From positions 1 through 47,599 of the forward strand of contig JAQTOF010000001.1 in NCBI GenBank assembly GCA_028713495.1: DNA of 47,599 nucleotides. The letters run 5' to 3'. Within the stretch, counting starts at the first letter, position 1. Every line of letters begins with the position of its first letter. Shown here piece by piece: positions 1-8,047 of the stretch. Position numbers and translations under genes: made by a program. A model generated the notes under the pieces. That model ran no database searches, was not told the origin of the DNA, and saw only the letters and a list, made by a program, of their open reading frames with translations. Source of the DNA: Candidatus Iainarchaeum sp. Its GTDB lineage: Archaea; Micrarchaeota; Micrarchaeia; Anstonellales; Bilamarchaeaceae.

Positions 1-1
1 G

Positions 2-289
2 GCGGGATTCCAGTGCTATACAGTCATGCTTAGGCTCTCTGCTGTTTCAGAAGAGAGATTGAAGAGCTTGGGTGCGTATCTGACAGGGAATAAGAATGTG
101 AAGTTCGCCTTCAGGACCGCAGGCGAGCTCGGCATCGTCTTCACCTGCGCCTACAGGACCAATGCTGAGCTGGATATTTTCTTATCTAACCTGGAAGGCC
201 AGTATGGCAACATCATCAGGCAGATGGACGTGCTGATAGTGAATGAGCAACTGAAATTCGACTACTTCCCTGAAGGGCTCAGGCAATAA
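2..289 (+). CDS. Lrp/AsnC-type regulator, C-terminal effector-binding domain only; 5' end lies outside the window
   Basis: ORF 26..289 stays open in frame to the window edge. The pattern VKFAFRTAGELGIVFTCAYRTNAELDIFL resembles AsnC-type ligand domains. Confidence 0.45.
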   Translation, partial: AGFQCYTVMLRLSAVSEERLKSLGAYLTGNKNVKFAFRTAGELGIVFTCAYRTNAELDIFLSNLEGQYGNIIRQMDVLIVNEQLKFDYFPEGLRQ

Positions 290-307
290 TTAGCAAGCTA
301 GTTTTTG

Positions 308-330
308 GTTCTTTTTTCCTAAAAAAGAAC
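308..330. terminator. Perfect 10-bp A/T-rich hairpin (GTTCTTTTTT-CCT-AAAAAAGAAC) between two convergent 3' ends
   Basis: Inverted repeat read directly: 308-317 pairs with 321-330, with a 3-nt loop. It lies 2 nt from the 3' end of tRNA-Ser and 19 nt after the stop at 289. Confidence 0.4.
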
Positions 331-332
331 AA

Positions 333-416
333 CGCTAGGGGGGAGATTTGAACTCCCGGACGCTTGCGCGCAAAAGGTTAGCAACCTTTCGCCCTACCGG
401 ACTAGGCGACCCCAGC
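333..416 (-). tRNA. tRNA-Ser (anticodon GCU), class II with long variable arm, no encoded CCA
   Basis: Reverse complement folds as acceptor GCTGGGG/CCCTAGC and anticodon arm AAAGG-TTGCTAA-CCTTT. It has a long variable arm, T arm GGGAG-TTCAAAT-CTCCC and discriminator G. Confidence 0.9.
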
Positions 417-418
417 AC

Positions 419-439
419 AAACTTTTTAGTAAAAAGTTT
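419..439. other. Perfect 9-bp A/T hairpin (AAACTTTTT-AGT-AAAAAGTTT) 2 nt upstream of the tRNA-Ser 5' end
   Basis: Inverted repeat read directly. A third arm, AAAAACTT at 444-451, can pair alternatively with 434-439. Confidence 0.5.
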
Positions 440-505
440 GATCAAAAACTTACAGTTAATACGATTTATCAAACTTTCTAAGATAAGACAGAAGCAAGAT
501 TCTAA

Positions 506-1699
506 CTAAACCACTTTGCCCCAGGCACTCAGGCGCCATCTCTGGCCCATCTTCCTGGAAAGAGCTACATGCATGTCCTTGTAGGCCACTACCGGCTTCT
601 TCAGCTTTATGGTGGCTACGCCCTTTGAGAGCTTGGCCAGCAATCCTACCCCTGTGCAAGTGTGGATGTTCACGACCACTGGCTCGTTCTCGCGCAGTGG
701 TACGTTCTGTATGTCGGCCCGCTCCAATAAGCTGTACTTCACGTTGAGCGTATCGACCGGGTCAGGAACTTCCCCTTTCCTTCCGACAACAGAGCCGACT
801 AGGGCATCGGATTTGGTGAGCGACGGATCAAGAGTTGTCGCCACTGCCACAAGCCCTCCTGGTTTGGCGCTTTCAAGGACCTCGGTCTCCTCCATCAGGC
901 TCTGGGCCTTGCATGCCACAGTGATGGGCTTCCCACCTTCCTTGCGGACGATACCGGGTTTTATCTCTATCTCGTCCCCAACCTTCAGCACGCCCTGGAC
1001 TATGGAGCCCCCTAGGACTCCACCCTTCAGGTCCTTGATGGTTGCACCGGGCCGGTTGACATCGAATGAGCGCGACACGTACATCCTCAGCTGGGCCTTT
1101 TCATCGTGCGGCTGGGGTTTCATGACGTCGTTTATCTTCTTGAGCAGCACATCCATGTTGAGGCCGGCATTGGCAGATACTGGTATGATAGGCGCGTTCT
1201 CTGCCACGCTGCCCTTCAGGAATGTCTTTATCTGTTTGTAGTTCTCTATGGCTTTCTCCTTGGTGACCAGGTCTATCTTGGTCTGGACGACTATGACGTT
1301 CTTTATGCCTGTGGAATTCAGCACGAGCAGGTGCTCGGTCGTCTGGGGTTGCGGGCATGGCTCGTTGGCCGCGATTAGGAAAAGCACGCCGTCCAGGATG
1401 CTGGTAGCCGCTATTACTGTGGTCATCAGCGTCTCATGGCCAGGTGCGTCCACGATGGAGAGCTTCCTGGCGAGCTTGGACTTGCCGCCGCATTTTGGGC
1501 ACTTGGCATCAGGGGAATAAAGATCGCATTTTGAGCAGTAGTATATGTAGGCGTCGGCGTAACCGAGGCGGATGGATATCCCCCGCTTTATCTCCTCGCT
1601 GTGCGTGTCGGTCCATTTGCCTGTGAGCGCTTTGGTGAGGGTGGTCTTGCCATGGTCGACATGCCCGAGCATGCCGATGTTCATCTCAGCCTGCATCAT
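506..1699 (-). CDS. eif2g: Translation initiation factor aIF2 gamma subunit
   Basis: GTPase motifs GHVDHGKTT, DAPGH and QTKID, plus zinc knuckle CSKC..CPKC. Full-length family resemblance; the start overlaps the S6e stop. Confidence 0.95.
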   Translation of the reverse strand: MMQAEMNIGMLGHVDHGKTTLTKALTGKWTDTHSEEIKRGISIRLGYADAYIYYCSKCDLYSPDAKCPKCGGKSKLARKLSIVDAPGHETLMTTVIAATSILDGVLFLIAANEPCPQPQTTEHLLVLNSTGIKNVIVVQTKIDLVTKEKAIENYKQIKTFLKGSVAENAPIIPVSANAGLNMDVLLKKINDVMKPQPHDEKAQLRMYVSRSFDVNRPGATIKDLKGGVLGGSIVQGVLKVGDEIEIKPGIVRKEGGKPITVACKAQSLMEETEVLESAKPGGLVAVATTLDPSLTKSDALVGSVVGRKGEVPDPVDTLNVKYSLLERADIQNVPLRENEPVVVNIHTCTGVGLLAKLSKGVATIKLKKPVVAYKDMHVALSRKMGQRWRLSAWGKVV

Positions 1700-2085
1700 T
1701 TGGTCTCCTTCTTCTCAGCCTTCGGGAAGAGCTGCTCCAGGGGCACTGCGCCAGGCGCTTTCACCTTGGCGTTCACCTGGATTATCTCGGCTGAGTAGGT
1801 GTTGCCGCGCATATAGCGCCTCCGTCTCGCGCCCTTGTCCTTGGCATGGAAGCCCACCCCGTCGCTGGTTAGCACGAGCTTCTTCGCAGAGCCGTGCACT
1901 TCCACGCGCATCGGGAAGCCGCTGTTGTCGCTTCCGCCGGTCAGCTCAAGGGTATAACCCGCTGCGCCGACCAGGTTGCCGTCCAGCTCGTCGCCTATCT
2001 TCTTGCCGACTAGGCTGGACTCCTTGTCCTTCGCGAGCTCGACCTGGTAACTTTTTCCGCTGGATTCCGATATCACTATACGCAT
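1696..2085 (-). CDS. rps6e: Ribosomal protein S6e
   Basis: 129 aa with MRIVISESSGKSYQVEL and GGSDNSGFPMR, typical of archaeal S6e. GAGGTGG Shine-Dalgarno lies just upstream of the ATG. Confidence 0.9.
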   Translation of the reverse strand: MRIVISESSGKSYQVELAKDKESSLVGKKIGDELDGNLVGAAGYTLELTGGSDNSGFPMRVEVHGSAKKLVLTSDGVGFHAKDKGARRRRYMRGNTYSAEIIQVNAKVKAPGAVPLEQLFPKAEKKETK

Positions 2086-2171
2086 TTGTCCACCTCAATA
2101 TAAGTAGATTGAAAAGAATTGGCAGGATTTGATTTAAAAAAGAATAGGAAAGAAAAAAAAGATGAAGCTGT

Positions 2172-2387
2172 TTATGAGTTCTTCAGCTTCGCCTTGTATA
2201 CATATCCGTCTTTGCCAAGGTAGTACATGAATCCGCTTTCCTTGGAGATCTTCTCGCCGCCTACTTTCTTTTTCCTCCCTTTCTTGTTGTGCTTCATAGG
2301 AGCTGCCCAGACATAGCCATCCTTGCCTACAAAGTACAGGTATCCGTCTTCCCTAGAGATCTTTTCGCTTCCGATTTTCTGTCCCAT
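2172..2387 (-). CDS. Small basic protein made of two ~30-aa internal repeats (EKISxExG-YxxGKDGYV)
   Basis: 71-aa ORF with an obvious internal duplication and a Lys-rich linker. GGTGA Shine-Dalgarno precedes the ATG, and TATA-like TTTATAAAATATA lies about 60 nt upstream. Confidence 0.6.
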   Translation of the reverse strand: MGQKIGSEKISREDGYLYFVGKDGYVWAAPMKHNKKGRKKKVGGEKISKESGFMYYLGKDGYVYKAKLKNS

Positions 2388-2493
2388 GTTGTCACCTTCT
2401 TATGCCCCCCCGCGGGAGCGTTTGTTGATTGCACCCCTTATCACCGAGGTATATTTTATAAAGGTATCGTCGGTGGTACGTCGTAAATGATAG

Positions 2494-2502
2494 CTTTTAA
2501 AA
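2494..2502 (+). promoter_or_regulatory. TATA-like box CTTTTAAAA for the wHTH gene (leaderless spacing)
   Basis: A/T box 23-31 nt upstream of the ATG at 2525, with no Shine-Dalgarno. Confidence 0.4.
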
Positions 2503-2524
2503 CCAGCGGACGATATAGGGCGTC

Positions 2525-2785
2525 ATGTTCTCCATGTTCGCGCGTCCGAAACCCTGCCGTATAATGACCGTGCTGCGCGACAGTGAGACGCCATGGCACT
2601 TATCGAAGCTGGCGAAAAGCAGCGACATCACTTATGTGTATGTGACCAAGCTGGTGTCCCGGCTCCAGAAAGGCGGCTTCGTAACAATAGAGCCCAAGGG
2701 CAAGAAAAGGATCGTGAAACTGACAGAGAAAGGGATGAAGGTCGCCAAGGCGATAGAAGAATTGAAGAATAGCCTGGAAGGCTAG
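2525..2785 (+). CDS. Small winged-helix transcriptional regulator (ArsR/MarR-like)
   Basis: 86 aa with a helix-turn-helix plus wing pattern: HLSKLAKSSDITYVYVTKLVSRLQKGGFVTIEPKGKKRIVKLTEKG. Confidence 0.7.
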   Translation: MFSMFARPKPCRIMTVLRDSETPWHLSKLAKSSDITYVYVTKLVSRLQKGGFVTIEPKGKKRIVKLTEKGMKVAKAIEELKNSLEG

Positions 2786-3213
2786 ACAGCCCTTATCGAC
2801 GTGCTCTTTTTGATGTAGCTGAGCACCTTCTCGTAGTTTATGTAGTGCGAGAACACGGTCACTTCGACAGGATAGTTGCCTTCTTTTGTTTGGCTGCTGG
2901 ACCACATGGGGATGTGCACTTCGATCGCGCCCCCTGCTTTGAGCTCTCCGACGCGCTTCTCGGCAGCCTTGTTTATGCAGGCAGGATCAAAGCCGAGCAG
3001 CGCATCCTTGGGCAGCAATGCATCCACAGATACGAGCTGCGGGGAATCTGAGATGTTCTTCACCTTGACCAGCAGGTTCACCGAGCTCTTGGCCTTGGCG
3101 GACAGGCGCAGAGGCGCGAACGCTATGGTCACGTTGAACGGATTTGATGTCTTGACACCTACGGGTGCTTCAGAGGACTTATCGCTTCCAAGTATAGAAT
3201 CCCAGAATCCCAT
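2782..3213 (-). CDS. Hypothetical protein, beta-rich (Ig/CARDB-like pattern)
   Basis: 143-aa ORF with alternating beta-strand pattern and coding-like composition. No recognised motif. Confidence 0.55.
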   Translation of the reverse strand: MGFWDSILGSDKSSEAPVGVKTSNPFNVTIAFAPLRLSAKAKSSVNLLVKVKNISDSPQLVSVDALLPKDALLGFDPACINKAAEKRVGELKAGGAIEVHIPMWSSSQTKEGNYPVEVTVFSHYINYEKVLSYIKKSTSIRAV

Positions 3214-3243
3214 GCTAAATCACCTTGATAGTTCCATATACCA

Positions 3244-3792
3244 TTATAGTATTAAAACGGCTGCGGCGATGACCGAAGTCCATTTGCCGGTCTTGTCAGC
3301 GATGGCTGACTGCGTTGTGTTGGTCGTGCGGACGATTCTGCCGCTCATCTTGAAGTACTGTTCGCGTTCATCCCACGCCTTCTCCGTGTCGAATTCCATG
3401 CCAAGGGTGGATGCAAGCATGGAAGCGGCCAGGTCCTCTGCGTATTCGCCTGCCTTCTCTTCTGTCTGGCCGAAGCTGTGGTGTTCGCTCAGGTAGCCGT
3501 ACATCTCTTTTTCCGAGGGGATCGCGCAGCCTACCGATGCTGCGAGCAACCGGTTCGGTTCGTTGGAGGCTATGCGTGACATGACAACGAATAGCACCTG
3601 GCCGTTCTTGAGCTCCTTGAGGCCTTCTGTTCTGGAGACTATCTGAGCGCCAGGAGGCATGATGCTCGATACCGTGACCAGGTTATATGGTGCGATGCCT
3701 GCATCGCGAAGAGCGAGCTCGAATGAAGTCAATTGTTCGGTGCTCCTGCCAACGCCTTTCGTGAAGAATACCTTCTTTGGTACAAAATCCAT
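3244..3792 (-). CDS. pdaD: Pyruvoyl-dependent arginine decarboxylase
   Basis: [13 protein letters not shown] and [12 protein letters not shown] (Ser-Ser self-cleavage site) match the PdaD family. I chose the ATG at 3792; the longer ORF to 3915 adds a non-homologous extension that overlaps the next gene. Confidence 0.85.
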   Translation of the reverse strand: MDFVPKKVFFTKGVGRSTEQLTSFELALRDAGIAPYNLVTVSSIMPPGAQIVSRTEGLKELKNGQVLFVVMSRIASNEPNRLLAASVGCAIPSEKEMYGYLSEHHSFGQTEEKAGEYAEDLAASMLASTLGMEFDTEKAWDEREQYFKMSGRIVRTTNTTQSAIADKTGKWTSVIAAAVLIL

Positions 3793-3860
3793 GTGTATGA
3801 CATCGGGAGAAGTATTTAATAAGATTTTACTTCTAGACAAACTGAAGAGGTGGAGTGCAG

Positions 3861-5162
3861 ATGGAATACCAGCATAAATTATTGTTATTGGCAGCGCTGC
3901 TTGTGGCAGTAGCATTATACGTCATGTCAACGACGGCCCAGCCGATTCAGCCCAGCAATGAAACTGAAACGCTTCTCATGAAAAGCGCGGGATTCGGCAA
4001 AGGACTTGGGGATTACACCTATTCCTACAGCGAGACTATGAACGGGTACAAGACCACTTACTTGCTCACCAGATCCGGCGGCAGCGAACTTATCGAGATA
4101 CAGAATGCGCTCTCCACCAAGAAGGTCTACCTGCTGCCGAATGACACCATATTCTGCATAAGATACCCGATCAACGAATCGTGCACTTCAATCCAGCAGG
4201 ACGCTGAGATGCAGAACTACATAAGCTTCGCGAGATCCAAGTTCTTCAACGATACGAATCTAGCTAAGGCAGAAAGCGATCTCCAGACCCTGCTTGACAA
4301 GGAATATCTGCAGCTCGATACCGGGATCGTGGATTCGAGCGTAGGTTCAGTGGCCTGCAAGCAGCTGAGCTATGTCATAGACTACACCAACGCTACCGTA
4401 GGCGATGCGGCCAAATATGGAATCGGCGCAGACTCGCCCAAGCTCTATTATGTGACCAGGTGCATAGCTGAGAACGGCCTGGCTTATGACACCACGCTCA
4501 GATGGTACGATAAAGGCATCAACAACACCCGCGTCATGAGGGTGCTTTCATTCAGGGAGAACGCCACCACGGCCATAACGCCGCCGGCAGAGCTTGTCGG
4601 CGATGCAGTGGAGGTCTTCAGGCAAGAAAGAGAGTGGTGGATCGATCTGGCGACTTGCCACACCGACAAGCAGGGCGATGATAGGGATAAATGCGTATCC
4701 GAGATCGCCCTCAAGCTGCAGAGGAAAGACATCTGCGAATTGGGCGGTGCGAGGAGAAATCTATGCCTGCTGTCCATAGTCCCGTACACCAAGGACGAGA
4801 CCATATGCACGGCCATATCCGACCAGTCGTTCAAAGACGACTGCTATGGCGTGCTGGCAGATGTGAATGAGGACAGCTCTTATTGCGCTAGGATCCAGAA
4901 TGCGTCCAAGGTGCAGACATGCATCAATGTTTCCACGCCCCACGCGCCTGACCAGAGCGGAAATCAGACTGTTGGGGGCGATGAGACCGACACAGCGGCC
5001 AGTGGCGGCAACGAGACTGATACTACGGTAGATGGAGGCAACGATAGCGGCGTGGACATGAACGAGTTCCTCAACTACATAGACAAGAACGACGGCAGCG
5101 ATGGGAATCAGACAGGGGGCAACGAAACGGATACCACAGCCAACGGCGGCGATGAGGGCTGA
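3861..5162 (+). CDS. Secreted or anchored protein with signal peptide, Cys-rich region and N-x-T-rich C-terminal tail
   Basis: N-terminus [22 protein letters not shown]. Many N-x-S/T sequons and a tail of GGNETDTT-type repeats. GAGGTGG Shine-Dalgarno lies 7 nt before the ATG at 3861; the ORF track used the GTG at 3855. Confidence 0.75.
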   Translation: MEYQHKLLLLAALLVAVALYVMSTTAQPIQPSNETETLLMKSAGFGKGLGDYTYSYSETMNGYKTTYLLTRSGGSELIEIQNALSTKKVYLLPNDTIFCIRYPINESCTSIQQDAEMQNYISFARSKFFNDTNLAKAESDLQTLLDKEYLQLDTGIVDSSVGSVACKQLSYVIDYTNATVGDAAKYGIGADSPKLYYVTRCIAENGLAYDTTLRWYDKGINNTRVMRVLSFRENATTAITPPAELVGDAVEVFRQEREWWIDLATCHTDKQGDDRDKCVSEIALKLQRKDICELGGARRNLCLLSIVPYTKDETICTAISDQSFKDDCYGVLADVNEDSSYCARIQNASKVQTCINVSTPHAPDQSGNQTVGGDETDTAASGGNETDTTVDGGNDSGVDMNEFLNYIDKNDGSDGNQTGGNETDTTANGGDEG

Positions 5163-5181
5163 CTGCTGTGCAGGCGATTGA

Positions 5182-6348
5182 ATGAAAATCGCGCTTTTCA
5201 CAGATACCTACCTGCCGCAGATAAACGGCGTCAGCATCTACATCTCTGATGCCATCAGGGTGCTGTCCAAGGAGCACGATGTGGTCCTTTTCGCACCTGG
5301 AGAAGGCCGCCTCAGGATGGAGCAGGTCTCGCCACGGTTCAGAATCTGGTGGATACCTTCCTCGCCTTTCCCATTCTACGAGGGCTACCGAATAGCTTCC
5401 ATGAATTATAAGAGGGTAAGCGACCTCCTGAGGAAGGAAAAACCAGATGTGGTCCATGCTCATGCGCCCATAAACCTCGGCCTGCAGGGCATAGTGGCGG
5501 CCAAAAGGAAGCGGATACCGACCGTGGCGACATATCACACTCATTATCCGGATTACGTACCGCACCTCCTCAGCGGCAAGCTGCCAGGGGTGCTGCGCCA
5601 GGCCACCCAGTTCACGGCGAAGAAGTTCGTCAAGCACACGTTCGGCATGGCAGATGTGGTCACCGCGCCTACCCACGAGCTCGTGGCAGAGCTGCGCTCC
5701 TATGGCATGGACAACGTCGTGCATCTTCCCGACGGCATAGACCTGGCCAAGCTGAAATGCACGAAGAAGGAGGTTATGGCGTTCAGGAAGACGCACCGCA
5801 TAACTGCAGGGAAAAAAGTGGTGCTCTACCTGGGCAGGATCAGCTTCGAGAAACGGCTGGACGTGCTGCTGGAGGCTTTCAGGAGCATCGAGAGGCGGGA
5901 TCGTCTCCTGGTGGTCGCTGGCGGAGGGCCATACCTGAAAGGGTTCAGGAACATCGCAGGCGGGCTTGGCATAAAGAATATCATATTCACAGGATACGTG
6001 AAGGACAAGGACCTGGGTGCGGCATATTGCTGCGCGGATGTATTCGCATCCGCATCTGATAGCGAGACGTTCGGCCTCACCTTCGTGGAGGCCATGTATG
6101 CCGGAGTACCCGTTATAGGCGTTGGAAGATTGGGACCCAAGGACATAATAAAGGACGGGAGGAACGGCATCCTCGTGAAGCCCGGTGATACCGATTGCCT
6201 GGCACGGGCCATGGCAAAACTGCTTACCCATTCTGCGCTAAGGGAGAGGATGGGCAAAGAAGCCAGGAAGACAGCGTTAGGATATTCCATAGAAAAGAGC
6301 GCCAAGAGGACCCTGGACATATACCGCTTGCTTGGTGCTGGACGGTGA
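5182..6348 (+). CDS. Glycosyltransferase, GT4 (GT-B fold) family
   Basis: MKIALFTDTYLPQINGVS N-terminus and SETFGLTFVEAMYAGVPVI nucleotide-sugar motif. It starts 19 nt after the upstream secreted-protein gene. Confidence 0.9.
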   Translation: MKIALFTDTYLPQINGVSIYISDAIRVLSKEHDVVLFAPGEGRLRMEQVSPRFRIWWIPSSPFPFYEGYRIASMNYKRVSDLLRKEKPDVVHAHAPINLGLQGIVAAKRKRIPTVATYHTHYPDYVPHLLSGKLPGVLRQATQFTAKKFVKHTFGMADVVTAPTHELVAELRSYGMDNVVHLPDGIDLAKLKCTKKEVMAFRKTHRITAGKKVVLYLGRISFEKRLDVLLEAFRSIERRDRLLVVAGGGPYLKGFRNIAGGLGIKNIIFTGYVKDKDLGAAYCCADVFASASDSETFGLTFVEAMYAGVPVIGVGRLGPKDIIKDGRNGILVKPGDTDCLARAMAKLLTHSALRERMGKEARKTALGYSIEKSAKRTLDIYRLLGAGR

Positions 6349-6811
6349 GCGGATCCATATCATCGTCGGCATAGATCCAGGGATAAAGACCGGCTATGCA
6401 ATCCTGGACCTGAAAGGCGCGCTGGTGGCGAGCGGATGCGTCAAGGAGGCCAGCGACGAAAAGATGGTCGAGATAATCTCGGAAGTCGGTGTGCCCGTCC
6501 TGGTGGCGTCTGATACCCATCCTGCATCGCATTTCGTCCAGAAGATAGCGGCCAGGCTCAATATCAGGGTGTTCTCGCCGAAAGAAAGCCTCAAGAAGAT
6601 AGAGAAACGGGAGATGGGCAGGAAGATCACGGACGTGCACATACGGGATGCTTATGCAGCCGCCATAAAGGCTTATAGGAAGTACCAGAACCGCCTAAGG
6701 CAGATAGACGCAATAGATCCGCCGGACGCAGAGGAACTCAAAAAGATGGTCATAATGGGCCATAGGATCGCGGAAAGACTGGAAAGCCAAACATTTAAAT
6801 ATAAAGAATGA
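6332..6811 (+). CDS. DUF460 / COG2433-type RNase H-fold (RuvC/YqgF-like) protein
   Basis: IIVGIDPGIKTGYAILDLKG and VLVASDTHP resemble the archaeal DUF460 family. Non-ATG start (TTG/GTG) overlaps the GT4 stop. Confidence 0.65.
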   Translation: MVLDGERIHIIVGIDPGIKTGYAILDLKGALVASGCVKEASDEKMVEIISEVGVPVLVASDTHPASHFVQKIAARLNIRVFSPKESLKKIEKREMGRKITDVHIRDAYAAAIKAYRKYQNRLRQIDAIDPPDAEELKKMVIMGHRIAERLESQTFKYKE

Positions 6812-6817
6812 GCAAAT

Positions 6818-7642
6818 ATGATAGTATTTGTTGCAATGGGTGATACTGTGACGTTCAAGAGAAATAAGGCTAAAAAGACACGACAATTGACGAAGAAGTC
6901 CAAGAAACACGTCGTAGCTTTCAAGCGTAAAGCTCCTAAGTCCAAGGCTAGCCTGAGGAAGATGGCTAAGATTACGGCTCGTCAGCCTGCCAGGGTCATC
7001 CGAAAGGCTATGAAAGGCAGCTTTAAGGCAGGCAAAGCCAGGAAGACCACCAAACTCAAGGTGAAGACCCCCAAAACCATGGTCAAAGCGCCCCTTCCGA
7101 AGGTGCCAGAGAAACCAGTCAAGAAGGAGCTCACAGAGAAAGAGATTGCTATCCTCCAGAAAGAGCATCTACAGAAGATATCCACGGTACTCAGTGATTC
7201 ATCCGTGAGGCAGAACCTCATAGAGATAGGCGGTGAAAACGCGCTCGCCATCGTCAGGAGCTTCTACGGCAACCATAGCGACGAGGAGCTTGCCAAGAGG
7301 CTCAAGATAAAGATAAGCGATGTCCGTGCCACCCTGAACAGGCTGCATAACGAGGGCCTAGTCAACTATCTGAGGGAAAAGGACAGCGAAACCGGATGGT
7401 ATTCCTACAGCTGGACGCTCAACCATCAGAGGATGGAGAAGTGGGCGAACAGCCAGGTGACTAAGCTCAGCGCCCTCACCGGCACTGGTGTGGATTATTA
7501 TTTCTGCCCTGCCTGCGGGACGTCGAGCATAACCAATTTTGAATCCGCAGCAGGCACTGATTTCAGGTGCGAGCGCTGTAATAGGCTCCTGGAGTTCATA
7601 GACGAGAAGAAGATGGCAGAGCTCCATGAGAAAAGGCTTTAG
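6818..7642 (+). CDS. tfe: Transcription factor E (TFE/TFIIE-alpha homologue) with a long Lys/Arg-rich N-terminal extension
   Basis: Winged helix (LAKRLKIKISDVRATLNRLHNEGLV) plus zinc ribbon CPACG..CERC in the C-terminal ~150 aa. The N-terminal ~125 aa is highly basic. An in-frame alternative ATG lies at 6836. Confidence 0.8.
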   Translation: MIVFVAMGDTVTFKRNKAKKTRQLTKKSKKHVVAFKRKAPKSKASLRKMAKITARQPARVIRKAMKGSFKAGKARKTTKLKVKTPKTMVKAPLPKVPEKPVKKELTEKEIAILQKEHLQKISTVLSDSSVRQNLIEIGGENALAIVRSFYGNHSDEELAKRLKIKISDVRATLNRLHNEGLVNYLREKDSETGWYSYSWTLNHQRMEKWANSQVTKLSALTGTGVDYYFCPACGTSSITNFESAAGTDFRCERCNRLLEFIDEKKMAELHEKRL

Positions 7643-7666
7643 ACTTATCACCCGAAAGGGGTATTG

Positions 7667-8047
7667 ATGAAGATACAGGAGCTAAATGTCTACATGGTCC
7701 TTTTCAACAAGGACAGGATACTCCTTCTGAAGCGGGAAAACGGCTTCTGGGAGTTCCCAGGCGGCGGGGTGGATTGGGGCGAGGATCCGAGGGATGCGGC
7801 CATCCGCGAGACCAGGGAAGAGACAGGCCTGACAGCGCATGATGCTAGTTTTGTCATGATAACCTCTGCCACTTATCCAAAAGGCGAGGATGAGAAGCAC
7901 TCGGTCTATATCGTCTATAAAGGGCAGACGGATGGGCTTGATGTGCGGATGTCGTCCGAGCATGTGGAGCATAGGTGGCTCGGTTTGTCAGAGGCCAGGT
8001 TCATGAAGATGGCCATGAACGCCGAGGGCGTACTGGACTATCTCTAA
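7667..8047 (+). CDS. NUDIX hydrolase
   Basis: Nudix box GGGVDWGEDPRDAAIRETREETGL. I chose the ATG at 7667, preceded by AAAGGGG; the ORF track used the TTG at 7664. Confidence 0.85.
   Translation: MKIQELNVYMVLFNKDRILLLKRENGFWEFPGGGVDWGEDPRDAAIRETREETGLTAHDASFVMITSATYPKGEDEKHSVYIVYKGQTDGLDVRMSSEHVEHRWLGLSEARFMKMAMNAEGVLDYL

Noticed and set aside
609-2132. Plus-strand ORFs 609-1241, 1248-1520 and 1572-2132 overlapping aIF2-gamma and S6e
   Set aside because: They are antisense to two unambiguous conserved genes. Their Ser/Arg/Pro-rich, low-complexity translations are typical of wrong-strand reading.
5071-6231. 386-aa minus-strand ORF
   Set aside because: It lies entirely antisense to the strongly supported GT4 glycosyltransferase. 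Its composition is His/Arg/Cys-rich and it has no motifs.
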